Below, in pieces: positions 55,484 to 64,000 of a stretch of 64,000 bases of DNA. The translations under genes were made by a program, and so were the position numbers. This stretch comes from Bacillota bacterium (GTDB lineage Bacteria; Bacillota; Clostridia; Lachnospirales; Lachnospiraceae). The stretch's first letter is position 1, and each line of letters begins with the position of its first letter. The DNA lies in contig JAEZLZ010000097.1 of the NCBI GenBank assembly GCA_023415055.1, positions 3,741 to 67,740 on the forward strand. Reading direction: 5' to 3'. The notes beneath the pieces were generated by a model that made no database searches, was not told the origin of the DNA, and saw nothing but the letters and a program-made list of their open reading frames with translations.

Positions 55484-56863
55484 ATGAGACTAACGATTTT
55501 ACATACAAACGACATACATAGTAACTTTGAGAACTTTTCTAAGATAGTAAACCAAACAAATGAGTGGAGGGATAGTAACACTCTATTACTGGATGCCGGG
55601 GATTTTGCGGATTTTAAAAGGATTGAATTGCAAGGGACTGACGGGTTAGCAGCGATGGAATTGCTTGATACTGCCGGATATGATGCTTTGGCAATTGGAA
55701 ATAATGAATTATTTCAAGGGCTTGATATTCTCAAGAATATGGCTTTGAATGCCAAGATACCATTGCTGAGCAGTAACCTTCGAAGTCTTGAACATAGTGA
55801 GGTAGAAGAAATAAAACGCAGTGTCATCATAAATAAAAATGGACTAAGAATTCTTATCATAGGGGCATCACCGGATATCGGACCTTTTAACGAAATGCTT
55901 GGCTTTACGCTGATCGATTACCTGGAGGCAGTTCAAAATGAGGTTAATGAATCTCAGAATCAGTATGATGTGTGCATATTGCTTTCTCACCTTGGGATGG
56001 AGAAGGATAAGGAAATAGCAGAGAAAATAAGTGGAATTGATATTATCATCGGTGGCCATTTTCATATATTAATGGATCAACCGGAGATAGTAAATGGAAC
56101 TATTATTCACACCTCGGGAGCACAAGGAGAACATATTGGAAAGCTTGTAGTTGAGGTAAGCGAAAATCAGGTTCAGCTCCTTGAAGGAATGAATTATAGC
56201 TTCCTAAAATCTGAAGAATCAGCCATAATCAAAGAGCTTATCAAACAGAACAAAGAGAAGGCGATTAATAAACTCAGTGTACCATTCTGCAGAATTGATA
56301 AAAATCTATGGCATGATGTTGTAGAAGAGAACCCAATGACTAATTTTCTTGCGGATGCCTTACAGGACTTCCTTGTGTGTGACCTTGGAATTATTAATAG
56401 TGGGGTGGTAAACGGAGGAATTAAGAAGGGTGACATATCAAGGAAAAAGGTCATAGAACTTTGTCCTTCTCCTTTAAATCCCACTAGCTTTAAGATACAG
56501 GGAAAGTACTTGTGGGAAGCCTTGCAAAATTCCTTGGATACGGATTATTGCTATGCAGACGGCAGGGGTGCAGGATTTCGAGGAAAATATGTGGGAAGAT
56601 TGCATGTGTCCGGTGCAGTGATTGAACATAATGGCAGGAACATTTCGAATATTACTATTCATGGCGTCAAACTTAATATGGAGCAATGGTATACGGTGGC
56701 TTCCTCCGATTATCTTCAAAGGGGAAGCGGTTACCTATCATTAGCAAGGAATCAGGACGAGCAATATAGTAAAGAATATCTGAGGGATATTTTACAAGAA
56801 TACCTGAAAAAGGAAGAGTTTGTTGATAAAGCCTTTGTAGAGCGTTGGATATATAAATACTAA
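55484..56863 (+). CDS. Bifunctional metallophosphatase/5'-nucleotidase
   Basis: LHTNDIHS, DAGD, GNNE, LSHLG, GGHFH; C-terminal NSG domain. Confidence 0.9.
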   Translation: MRLTILHTNDIHSNFENFSKIVNQTNEWRDSNTLLLDAGDFADFKRIELQGTDGLAAMELLDTAGYDALAIGNNELFQGLDILKNMALNAKIPLLSSNLRSLEHSEVEEIKRSVIINKNGLRILIIGASPDIGPFNEMLGFTLIDYLEAVQNEVNESQNQYDVCILLSHLGMEKDKEIAEKISGIDIIIGGHFHILMDQPEIVNGTIIHTSGAQGEHIGKLVVEVSENQVQLLEGMNYSFLKSEESAIIKELIKQNKEKAINKLSVPFCRIDKNLWHDVVEENPMTNFLADALQDFLVCDLGIINSGVVNGGIKKGDISRKKVIELCPSPLNPTSFKIQGKYLWEALQNSLDTDYCYADGRGAGFRGKYVGRLHVSGAVIEHNGRNISNITIHGVKLNMEQWYTVASSDYLQRGSGYLSLARNQDEQYSKEYLRDILQEYLKKEEFVDKAFVERWIYKY

Positions 56864-57001
56864 TTGAGGATATGAAATATGTAATTTGATGTAAAGAAGG
56901 TAGAATGCTGGCTGAAATATAAAATTGCGATTGGGAAGCGAGTGTGGCAGAAAAATTGACGATGATTGATAGAATGGATCTTTTAAATGGAGGATGCAGA
57001 T

Positions 57002-57532
57002 ATGAATATCATACGAAAAGCAATGCAGAAAGATATAGATGCGGTAGCACTTATTTTTGAACATATTATTGAGGAAGAAGAAAAGGGTAATTGTACCATC
57101 GGCTGGCAGAGAGGGGTATATCCAACCAGGAATACGGTTGTTACAGCATTGGAAAAGGATGATCTATTTGTCATGGAAGATGACGGGGATATAGTCGCCG
57201 CGATGCGTCTGAACCAGGAGCAGATGCCTGAATACAAGAAGTGTCAGTGGGAATATCCTACAGAGGACGATCAGGTGATGGTGATGCATACTCTCGTGGT
57301 GGAACCGTCTGTAAGAAAGCAGGGCTACGGAGGGAAGATGGTAGATTTCTATGAGAAATATGCTAGGGAGAATCATTGCCCTTACTTAAGAATCGATACG
57401 AACGCTTTAAATTCTTGTGCTCGGGCAATGTATAAAAAATATGGATTTAAAGAAATCGGTATTGTCCCATGTGATTTCAATGGTATCGCAGGAGTAAATC
57501 TGGTATGTATTGAAAAGAAATCTGAAATTTAA
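57002..57532 (+). CDS. GNAT acetyltransferase
   Basis: W..GVYP, HTLVV.P..RKQGYG, LRIDTN..N..AR.MY. Confidence 0.9.
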   Translation: MNIIRKAMQKDIDAVALIFEHIIEEEEKGNCTIGWQRGVYPTRNTVVTALEKDDLFVMEDDGDIVAAMRLNQEQMPEYKKCQWEYPTEDDQVMVMHTLVVEPSVRKQGYGGKMVDFYEKYARENHCPYLRIDTNALNSCARAMYKKYGFKEIGIVPCDFNGIAGVNLVCIEKKSEI

Positions 57533-57544
57533 AATGGTGATTGT

Positions 57545-57820
57545 ATGGGAATGGCAAATAAGCTTTTATCTGATCGTATTCTTATGCCTCAAAAGATTAA
57601 ATATAAGGTATTAGATAAAAAAAGATACTTAAAGTCTTCCCGAATGTTACTATTTAGTTTAGGGATTTATTATATTGTCTTAGGAATGATACTTATAATT
57701 ATCAGGAAAGAATCAAACATCCATATTTACTTTGAAATAGTATTACCATTCTTTATTTATTTACCATTGATCTATATATGGAAGAAGGAGATACGTCCTC
57801 TAAATAAATCAGATTTCTAA
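57545..57820 (+). CDS. Small hypothetical membrane protein
   Basis: Two hydrophobic segments; may be 5'-truncated. Confidence 0.55.
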   Translation: MGMANKLLSDRILMPQKIKYKVLDKKRYLKSSRMLLFSLGIYYIVLGMILIIIRKESNIHIYFEIVLPFFIYLPLIYIWKKEIRPLNKSDF

Positions 57821-57833
57821 GGAGGCCAATAAA

Positions 57834-58325
57834 ATGATGGATAAATTTCTTTGCGTCATGGCTGGATATGATATAAATACAGAAAAGAGGCTTTCAGATA
57901 TTCAAAATAAACTCTATGAAAAAGGATTTGTTGGTAATCATACCAAAGACCTACCGCAACATATAACGTTAGGAACATTCCCGGTGGACAAAGAAGGGGA
58001 GGTTTTTAATCTATTAAATAAGGTTTCCAAGGAAACCAGGCAGTTCGATATAACCTTTAATCATATCGGCATTTTTGGAGGTTCACAGGTTTTATTTATT
58101 GCACCGGATACAAACTATAGTCTTTTGAAATTAAAAGAAAATTTCGGTGATAGTTTTAATTGGACTCCACATACGACGATGTTAATTGACAAAACAGAGA
58201 ATGTTTCTCGTGCAATGCCGATTGTAGTGGAATACTTTGAAGCATTTCAGGGACAAGTTCAAACGATTCACTTATATGAATTCTGGCCAAGCCGCCACAT
58301 CTTAACAGTATCCCTCGAGATTTAA
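57834..58325 (+). CDS. 2H phosphoesterase (2'-5' RNA ligase family)
   Basis: Two HxT motifs: HITLG and PHTTM. Confidence 0.87.
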   Translation: MMDKFLCVMAGYDINTEKRLSDIQNKLYEKGFVGNHTKDLPQHITLGTFPVDKEGEVFNLLNKVSKETRQFDITFNHIGIFGGSQVLFIAPDTNYSLLKLKENFGDSFNWTPHTTMLIDKTENVSRAMPIVVEYFEAFQGQVQTIHLYEFWPSRHILTVSLEI

Positions 58326-58403
58326 AAACGTTGGGTGAAAGCATCGAGATTAATATTTGTTTTAGAGAATATTACTATTCCTATTATGAAAAGGAGTGCA
58401 ATT

Positions 58404-58985
58404 ATGAATTATGAAATTAAAGCGTTGAATCCGGAATTAACGGATGATTATCTTGAGTTTTTTGATCATGTGGCATTTTCTGATGGCAATCCAAATGGAC
58501 CCTGCTATTGCACATCACCGACGATGGATCCGGAGACTGAGAAAAAAATGGTGAGTGAGTTTGGAGGTGATATCAAAGGAACACTTCGCCGCTATGCTGT
58601 AGAAATGCTAAACAAAGGTATGATTCACGGCTATCTGGCGTTTGATAAAGAGGTGCCGATCGGCTGGTGCAATGCTTCGGATATGGACAGCTATACGGCA
58701 TTTGTACCGGACTTTGCCCGACAAAATAAATACGGCAAAACATTCTCTGTTGTGTGCTTTGAAATTGCTCCGGAATATCGCGGTAAAGGACTTGCAACTG
58801 CATTCCTGCAACATATTTGCAAGGAAGCCAAAGAACAAGGCTTTGCAGCAGTTGAGGGTTATGCAAAGCTGTACATCGATCCGGAATATTTAGATTTTAA
58901 TGGATCAATCGGGTTATATGAGAGAGTAGGATTTACGGAAGTTATGCGAAATGAGGAAACGGTAATCATGCGTAAAACGCTATAA
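58404..58985 (+). CDS. GNAT acetyltransferase
   Basis: CYC, IGWCNA, CF.I.P.YRGKG.A, EGY, G...LY...GF. Confidence 0.88.
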   Translation: MNYEIKALNPELTDDYLEFFDHVAFSDGNPNGPCYCTSPTMDPETEKKMVSEFGGDIKGTLRRYAVEMLNKGMIHGYLAFDKEVPIGWCNASDMDSYTAFVPDFARQNKYGKTFSVVCFEIAPEYRGKGLATAFLQHICKEAKEQGFAAVEGYAKLYIDPEYLDFNGSIGLYERVGFTEVMRNEETVIMRKTL

Positions 58986-59089
58986 GACAATGATTAAGAA
59001 ATATTATACCAAGCTGTTTTCTATAAGTAGAAAGATAAAGAAAAGCAGCCTTAATTATGTTGTTTAATTCGAAGGGAGTTATGAGTTCT

Positions 59090-59682
59090 ATGAATAAGAT
59101 GGATATTATGCCCGGCTGTGTATTCAGCCCTCAACCCATGTATATTATTGGGACAAAAAATGAGGAGGAAGTGCCTGATTTTTGTATAATTACTTGGCTT
59201 GGTTTTTCTTTTGATAAAACCCCTCACTTAATGATGACAATCGGTGGTAGCAAGCAGACGAAAACAAACATACTTCGTGATAAAATGTTTTCTGCTAATT
59301 TAATCAGTGAAGACATGATTTGGCTTGCAGACTATTTTGGAACAACCAAAGGGGAAGAAAACTTAAGAATGAGGTACCGTATGAGTATAGTTGGGGGCAT
59401 AGCTTAAAGGTCCCGATTTTAGAGCAAAGCAACTGGGTTTATGAATGCGAAGTAACTAAAATAATTGAATTAGACGGAAGCCATCTGTTCTTAGCGGATA
59501 TTAAAAATATTCAGATCGACAAGAAATTTCAAGATATGGACCTTGAACTGATTGATTTGAAAATGTTAAATCCCGCAATCTATGCACCTTATAATTATTT
59601 TTCAGTTGGAGAAAGAATTGGTGGATGCGGCGAGTGGAAAGATCACTTAACGATTAAGGAAAGACCGATTACAGAACATTAA
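59090..59682 (+). pseudogene. Flavin reductase-family protein split by a single frameshift (or sequencing error)
   Basis: PQP..IIGT...FSAN...ADYFG in the first ORF joins LKNEVPY...VPILE....YEC.V.....GSHLF.A in the second if one A is added at about 59358-59361. Confidence 0.8.
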
Positions 59683-59713
59683 CCAGCAATAAGAAAGAGA
59701 AAAGGATCGCATT

Positions 59714-60277
59714 ATGGAAACCTTAGAAGCAATATTTAATCGCAGAAGCATAAGAAGTTTTACAGAGGTGCCGGTGACCAATGCAGAAATTGAAACACTA
59801 CTAAAGGCAGCCTTCTCAGCACCAACCGCGGTGAACGCTCAACCATGGGAATTTGTGGTTATTAATGAGAAAGAGATGCTGGGTAAAATAAGAGATAAGA
59901 TGGTTTTTGCCAGATATAATGCTCCTCTGGGTATTGTCGTATGCGGTAATATGAAATTTGCCCTAAAAAGCAAGGACAAAGATTTGTGGATATGTGATTG
60001 CAGTGCAGCGATCGAGAATATGTTGCTGGCTGCGACAGATATCGGCCTTGCAAGTGTTTGGATCGGTATTTATCCGGTTGAATCAAGGATGGCAACAATG
60101 CAGCAGTTGATTGATTTGCCGGAACACGTAAAACCTCTGGGCATGGTGTATTTTGGGCATGGTACCTATCAAGAGCCGGGACGATGCAGGTATAATGAAA
60201 AGGCAATTTATTGGCAGAAGTATGACCCGGATAGAAAACATAGGACAAAAGATAAACCGGTCATAGGACATTATTAA
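59714..60277 (+). CDS. Nitroreductase family protein
   Basis: RRSIR.F, APT..N.QPW.F, D...A.ENM.LAA...GL.S.W. Confidence 0.92.
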   Translation: METLEAIFNRRSIRSFTEVPVTNAEIETLLKAAFSAPTAVNAQPWEFVVINEKEMLGKIRDKMVFARYNAPLGIVVCGNMKFALKSKDKDLWICDCSAAIENMLLAATDIGLASVWIGIYPVESRMATMQQLIDLPEHVKPLGMVYFGHGTYQEPGRCRYNEKAIYWQKYDPDRKHRTKDKPVIGHY

Positions 60278-60383
60278 TTAATATATTGGTATTGAGTAGC
60301 CAAGCAACTAGATAAAAAGGCATTCACAATCAAGCGGTTTTCACTCCTGCATGGTATTCTGTAGGAGAAGGAGGTGCTTATTA

Positions 60384-61292
60384 ATGCACGCATGGGAACA
60401 AATTCAGCAATCGATAGAATATATTGAGAATCATCTTGACGAGGAAATCGACATTGAAAACCTCGCCCGAATAGCCTCATTATCACCCTTTTATTATCAG
60501 CGACTCTTCAGCCGTTTGGTCAAAAAGCCGGTGGGTGAGTATATTAAGCTCCGCCGTATGGCAAAGGCAACTGTGACCTTGCTTCAAAAGGATAAGCGCA
60601 TTATTGACATCGCGCTGGATCTTGGATTTTCCTCACATGAACACTTTTCCCGTACCTTTAAGGATACCTTCGGGATGACACCGGATGAATATCGTAAGCA
60701 TCCAATGACCTTAAATCGTATGACAAAGCCGGAGCTTTTGCTTCATTATCTGTTGATTGATGAAGGAGTACCGTTGATCACCGATGGAATAGTTCTGGAA
60801 ATAAACAGACAGCAGCTTACCGAACCAATCTATTTTACAGGGATGAAGGTAGATATGCCGGTTCAATTTGTAGAGGGACTGGGAACCGAATCGGGAGTGG
60901 ACCCGTTGGACACCCTTTGGCGTAGTTTCCATGAGAATAAGGAAGCGACGCTGAAGCTTTCTGTGAATAGCGAGGAGTTAGGGGTAGTATATCCATGCCA
61001 GAAGGAAGGGTACTTCAGCTATTTTGCCGGTGGAAGGTCAGGTCAGGAAGAAGTTCCCTATGGCTATATGAAATGGGAGCTGCCGCAGGGAAAGTATGTC
61101 GTATGTTCCTTTGAAGCAGAGAACTTTGAAGCTCTTGTTATGGATGCACTTTATAAAGCACAGCAGTATGTCTACAATACATGGTTACCAAAGCATGAAT
61201 TGCATACGGACATGTTCTGTGCGGAGCGATATGCAAGCCATTCACCTGAAACCACAAATATGGAACTTTGGCTAAAAATAATTGATCAGTAG
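60384..61292 (+). CDS. AraC-family regulator with C-terminal GyrI-like effector domain
   Basis: N-terminal AraC HTH (LS.FYYQRLF, F.R.FK..FG.TP..YR); C-terminal WLP...ERY......ELW. Confidence 0.9.
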   Translation: MHAWEQIQQSIEYIENHLDEEIDIENLARIASLSPFYYQRLFSRLVKKPVGEYIKLRRMAKATVTLLQKDKRIIDIALDLGFSSHEHFSRTFKDTFGMTPDEYRKHPMTLNRMTKPELLLHYLLIDEGVPLITDGIVLEINRQQLTEPIYFTGMKVDMPVQFVEGLGTESGVDPLDTLWRSFHENKEATLKLSVNSEELGVVYPCQKEGYFSYFAGGRSGQEEVPYGYMKWELPQGKYVVCSFEAENFEALVMDALYKAQQYVYNTWLPKHELHTDMFCAERYASHSPETTNMELWLKIIDQ

Positions 61293-61302
61293 TATAAGCA
61301 TT

Positions 61303-61338
61303 GCACCGTGTAGCATGAAAACTACATGGTGCTTTTTC
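61303..61338 (+). terminator. Rho-independent terminator
   Basis: GCACCGTGTAG...CTACATGGTGC followed by TTTTT. Confidence 0.8.
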
Positions 61339-61552
61339 CATATAATATAATCAGACGAAAAGAAGTGTTGTCCGAAAGTTCCTTTCACTCAGATAACTAA
61401 GAAATTTCAGAAATTTCAGAATGCGAGGAATATTCTAGCAATCAAATACTATTTGTATTATAATGTGAATTATATTTAAAACACAGTTACTAGAAAGGCT
61501 CGGATCACTTAAAAAATATTGTACTAAAAGAATAACTGAGGGGAAACAACAT

Positions 61553-62119
61553 ATGAGTTATCTGTTTCGATGTTATGCAAAAATATATGATAAGTTTATG
61601 AAAAAATTTTCACTTGATGATGATACCGCTGTTCTTTCGATCATTGATAATTGCCAGCTCAGAATCGCTGATGTAGGCGGAGGAACAGGGTTAACTGCAG
61701 ATAAACTTGTCAAAAGAGGACATACGGTTACAATTATTGATCCATGCAGACAGATGACAGATCTGGCAAAGAAGAGAAATCATTCAATCCGGGTTATCAA
61801 TAAATCAATGCCCTGCGAGATAAATGAGCAATTTGATGTTGTATTAATACGAGATTGTTTACACCATGTAAGACAGCAGAGAGAGATGATCGATTTCTGC
61901 ATATCTATGCTTGCAGAGGGAGGAATGATAATCGTTAATGATTTTTCACCGGAAAGCTGGAAGACAAAGATGATTTTCTTATTTGAGAAGATATGCTTTG
62001 AAGCGATTAAGCCTGTGAGCGAAATAAAGCTTCTCCGTTATTTTGCAGCAGCTGGCTTGCAGTCAGAGCTCGTTCGGGTCAATAAGAGAGATTATATTGT
62101 TTGGGGAAGGAAGAGGTAA
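61553..62119 (+). CDS. Class I SAM-dependent methyltransferase
   Basis: IADVGGGTG, IDP...M, FD.V...D.LHH. Confidence 0.88.
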   Translation: MSYLFRCYAKIYDKFMKKFSLDDDTAVLSIIDNCQLRIADVGGGTGLTADKLVKRGHTVTIIDPCRQMTDLAKKRNHSIRVINKSMPCEINEQFDVVLIRDCLHHVRQQREMIDFCISMLAEGGMIIVNDFSPESWKTKMIFLFEKICFEAIKPVSEIKLLRYFAAAGLQSELVRVNKRDYIVWGRKR

Positions 62120-62949
62120 TGATACCATTTGGGCTTAAAAGAGTTAAGAATATCGATATCGCTAATTCGTATGATGCGATTAGTAAGGGATACGAAGCAT
62201 ATTTTTTAAAAACGATGCATCGTTATAATGATCGGGTACTAACATTACTATTAAACCAATCGGTGGGTAAAAAGGTATTAGATCTTGCATGCGGAACAGG
62301 CTATAACACACGCTTTTTGCAAAGGAAGGGTGTGGAGGCAGAATTTACATTAGTAGATCTTTCAAAAGGAATGTTAACGCAGGCTAAGGATAAGGCTATA
62401 AATCAAGAACAATTAACCTTCATTCATCAGGATATGATCACTTATTTGCAATCCTGCCCCAATGGAACATTTGATACCATAATATGTACATGGGCGATTA
62501 AATATCAACCACCCCTACAAGTAATCAAAGAATGTGCGCGTGTCCTTAAAAAAGGGGGAAGAATGGCAGTCCTTGTCAATACCGCAGATACGCTTCCCGA
62601 GATGAGAAAATTATATCCAAGATTACTCGTAAGAAATATAGTTAGGATACGTCAAATTATGAGCGATTTACCAAACCCAAAAAGCAGGCAGGTGTTTCAA
62701 AACTGGTTCATTTGTTGCGGTTTTGATGCTGTTACCGTGAAAAAGGCAAGGCATCGTTTTCATTTTGCCAATGCTGCTGAGCTGGTTGAGTTTTTGACTT
62801 CGACCGGAGCACTTGCCGGATACGACCGTATGATCGACCTACGATCGGATAGAATTAAACAGCAGATGATTTCTTATTTTAGCAGAAAAAATATCAATTC
62901 CACAGAACATCGGTTTATCTATGGGATTTTTGAGAATGCGAGGTTATAA
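62119..62949 (+). CDS. Class I SAM-dependent methyltransferase
   Basis: VLDLACGTG, VDLS.GML, RVLK.GG; ATG overlaps the upstream stop (TAATG). Confidence 0.88.
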   Translation: MIPFGLKRVKNIDIANSYDAISKGYEAYFLKTMHRYNDRVLTLLLNQSVGKKVLDLACGTGYNTRFLQRKGVEAEFTLVDLSKGMLTQAKDKAINQEQLTFIHQDMITYLQSCPNGTFDTIICTWAIKYQPPLQVIKECARVLKKGGRMAVLVNTADTLPEMRKLYPRLLVRNIVRIRQIMSDLPNPKSRQVFQNWFICCGFDAVTVKKARHRFHFANAAELVEFLTSTGALAGYDRMIDLRSDRIKQQMISYFSRKNINSTEHRFIYGIFENARL

Positions 62950-64000
62950 TGATCACAAGAAATACTAAAGTATTAATAAAAATGATGTCAGATCCGGTGG
63001 TATTGCATAATTTCATCTCTCTTCATAAGAAGTTTCGTAAATCCAAAGCTTATCATCCGGTCAATTTAATCCGGTGCAGCTTAAACGCTGTTAAAAACGA
63101 ACGACTTGTCTCACACGAAGGAAAATATATAATTAATTCGTTTTATCCGCCTGTAAATTCAAAGGCTTTTTACCGGATAGCCATGAGGGTTCCAGGAGCA
63201 GGGGAGCAGTTTTACATAAATCATACGATAGGAAAGAGACTTGCACCAATCTCAACCTATATCGCGGTTACAAATCGATGTATGTATCGTTGTTGGCATT
63301 GCAGTGCTAACCGTTTCATGGAGCACGGGGGCAAGGACTTTACAACAGAAGAACTATTGACCGTAACCGAAAAGATTAAAAAGCTCGGTGTTGGAATCAT
63401 TGGGTTTACCGGTGGCGAGCCACTCCTTAGAAAGGATCTTGAACAAGCAATCTCATTGGCAGCCGGTGGCAGTAATATGCCTTGTATGACTCTGCTTTTC
63501 ACAACCGGTTATGGGCTTACGCCAGAGCGTGCCATGGCACTCAAAGAAGCAGGTTTATTTGGTATTGCCATTAGTCTTGATCATATTCACGCAAAGGATC
63601 ATGATCAAATGCGAGGCGTAGAAGGTGCTTTTGCACATGCAGTGAATGCAATACAATATGCAAAAGCGGCAGGGCTTTATACAATGACACAGACCATGTG
63701 CACACGAGAGCTTTTAGAAACAGGTGAAATATTAAAGCTTGCGAAGCTTGCAAAGTCCCTTGATGTTGATGAGATGCGTATTATGGAGCCGATTCCCTGT
63801 GGGACTTTAAACGAGCATAAGAATGAAGTATTAACAACCAAAGAACAGAAAGCTTTAATCAATTTACATATAAAAATGAATCGATCCCATGAATATCCAA
63901 AGGTTTCTGTCTTTCCCTATGTAGAGTCAGAGGATCAATACGGATGCGGTGCCGGCAGTCAGCATTCCTTTGTTGACGCAGGCGGAAACTTTGGTCCATG
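62949..64000 (+). CDS. Radical SAM protein with SPASM/twitch-like C-terminus (runs off the window; absent from ORF track)
   Basis: Manual translation is open to the window edge: CMYRCWHC, FTGGEPLLR, TTGYG, ISLD, GCGAG..HSFVD..G...P; TAATG overlap with the upstream gene. Confidence 0.9.
   Translation, partial: MITRNTKVLIKMMSDPVVLHNFISLHKKFRKSKAYHPVNLIRCSLNAVKNERLVSHEGKYIINSFYPPVNSKAFYRIAMRVPGAGEQFYINHTIGKRLAPISTYIAVTNRCMYRCWHCSANRFMEHGGKDFTTEELLTVTEKIKKLGVGIIGFTGGEPLLRKDLEQAISLAAGGSNMPCMTLLFTTGYGLTPERAMALKEAGLFGIAISLDHIHAKDHDQMRGVEGAFAHAVNAIQYAKAAGLYTMTQTMCTRELLETGEILKLAKLAKSLDVDEMRIMEPIPCGTLNEHKNEVLTTKEQKALINLHIKMNRSHEYPKVSVFPYVESEDQYGCGAGSQHSFVDAGGNFGP

Noticed and set aside
38694..61340. 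Classical integron (intI, attI, attC) or prophage
   Set aside because: No tyrosine recombinase, no recognisable RYYYAAC...GTTRRRY attC hairpins and no phage structural genes in the window.
1312..63862. Many 60-175 aa ORFs antisense to or overlapping long genes (e.g. 8837-9340, 11408-11905, 13340-13864, 63257-63502)
   Set aside because: They shadow well-supported genes and lack RBSs or recognisable motifs.
1..64000. CRISPR array, rRNA or tRNA genes
   Set aside because: No regularly spaced direct repeats or recognisable structural RNA sequences were seen by eye.

Overview
A low-GC Firmicute chromosome segment; the gene content looks clostridial and Lachnospiraceae-like, which is my inference from protein families, not a database result. 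No rRNA, tRNA, CRISPR array or intact mobile element was seen. About 1-38.6 kb holds housekeeping and metabolic genes: a cell-wall amidase, GH29 fucosidase, Lhr helicase, an Ig-repeat surface protein, a rhodanese/CoA-disulfide reductase redox cluster, an ars-type operon lacking arsR and arsC, two paralogous Cys/Gly-rich small proteins, an LCP protein, nrdDG with tandem NrdR boxes, a GGDEF-EAL sensor and an AraC/GH78 pair. From a truncated IS3-family left end at about 38.7 kb to about 61.3 kb lies an array of roughly 30 short, unrelated, co-oriented accessory genes and gene fragments (GNATs, NUDIX, nucleotidyltransferases, HelD, Tag and others) whose content resembles integron cassettes. Several junctions in it carry a repeated TTC(G/A)CA-N12-TGCGAA dyad. 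Four 20-28 nt remnants resembling group IIC intron 5' ends are present, three of them directly behind terminators. The window ends inside a translationally coupled methyltransferase-methyltransferase-radical SAM/SPASM operon whose rSAM gene is missing from the ORF track. All family calls come from motif recognition by eye.
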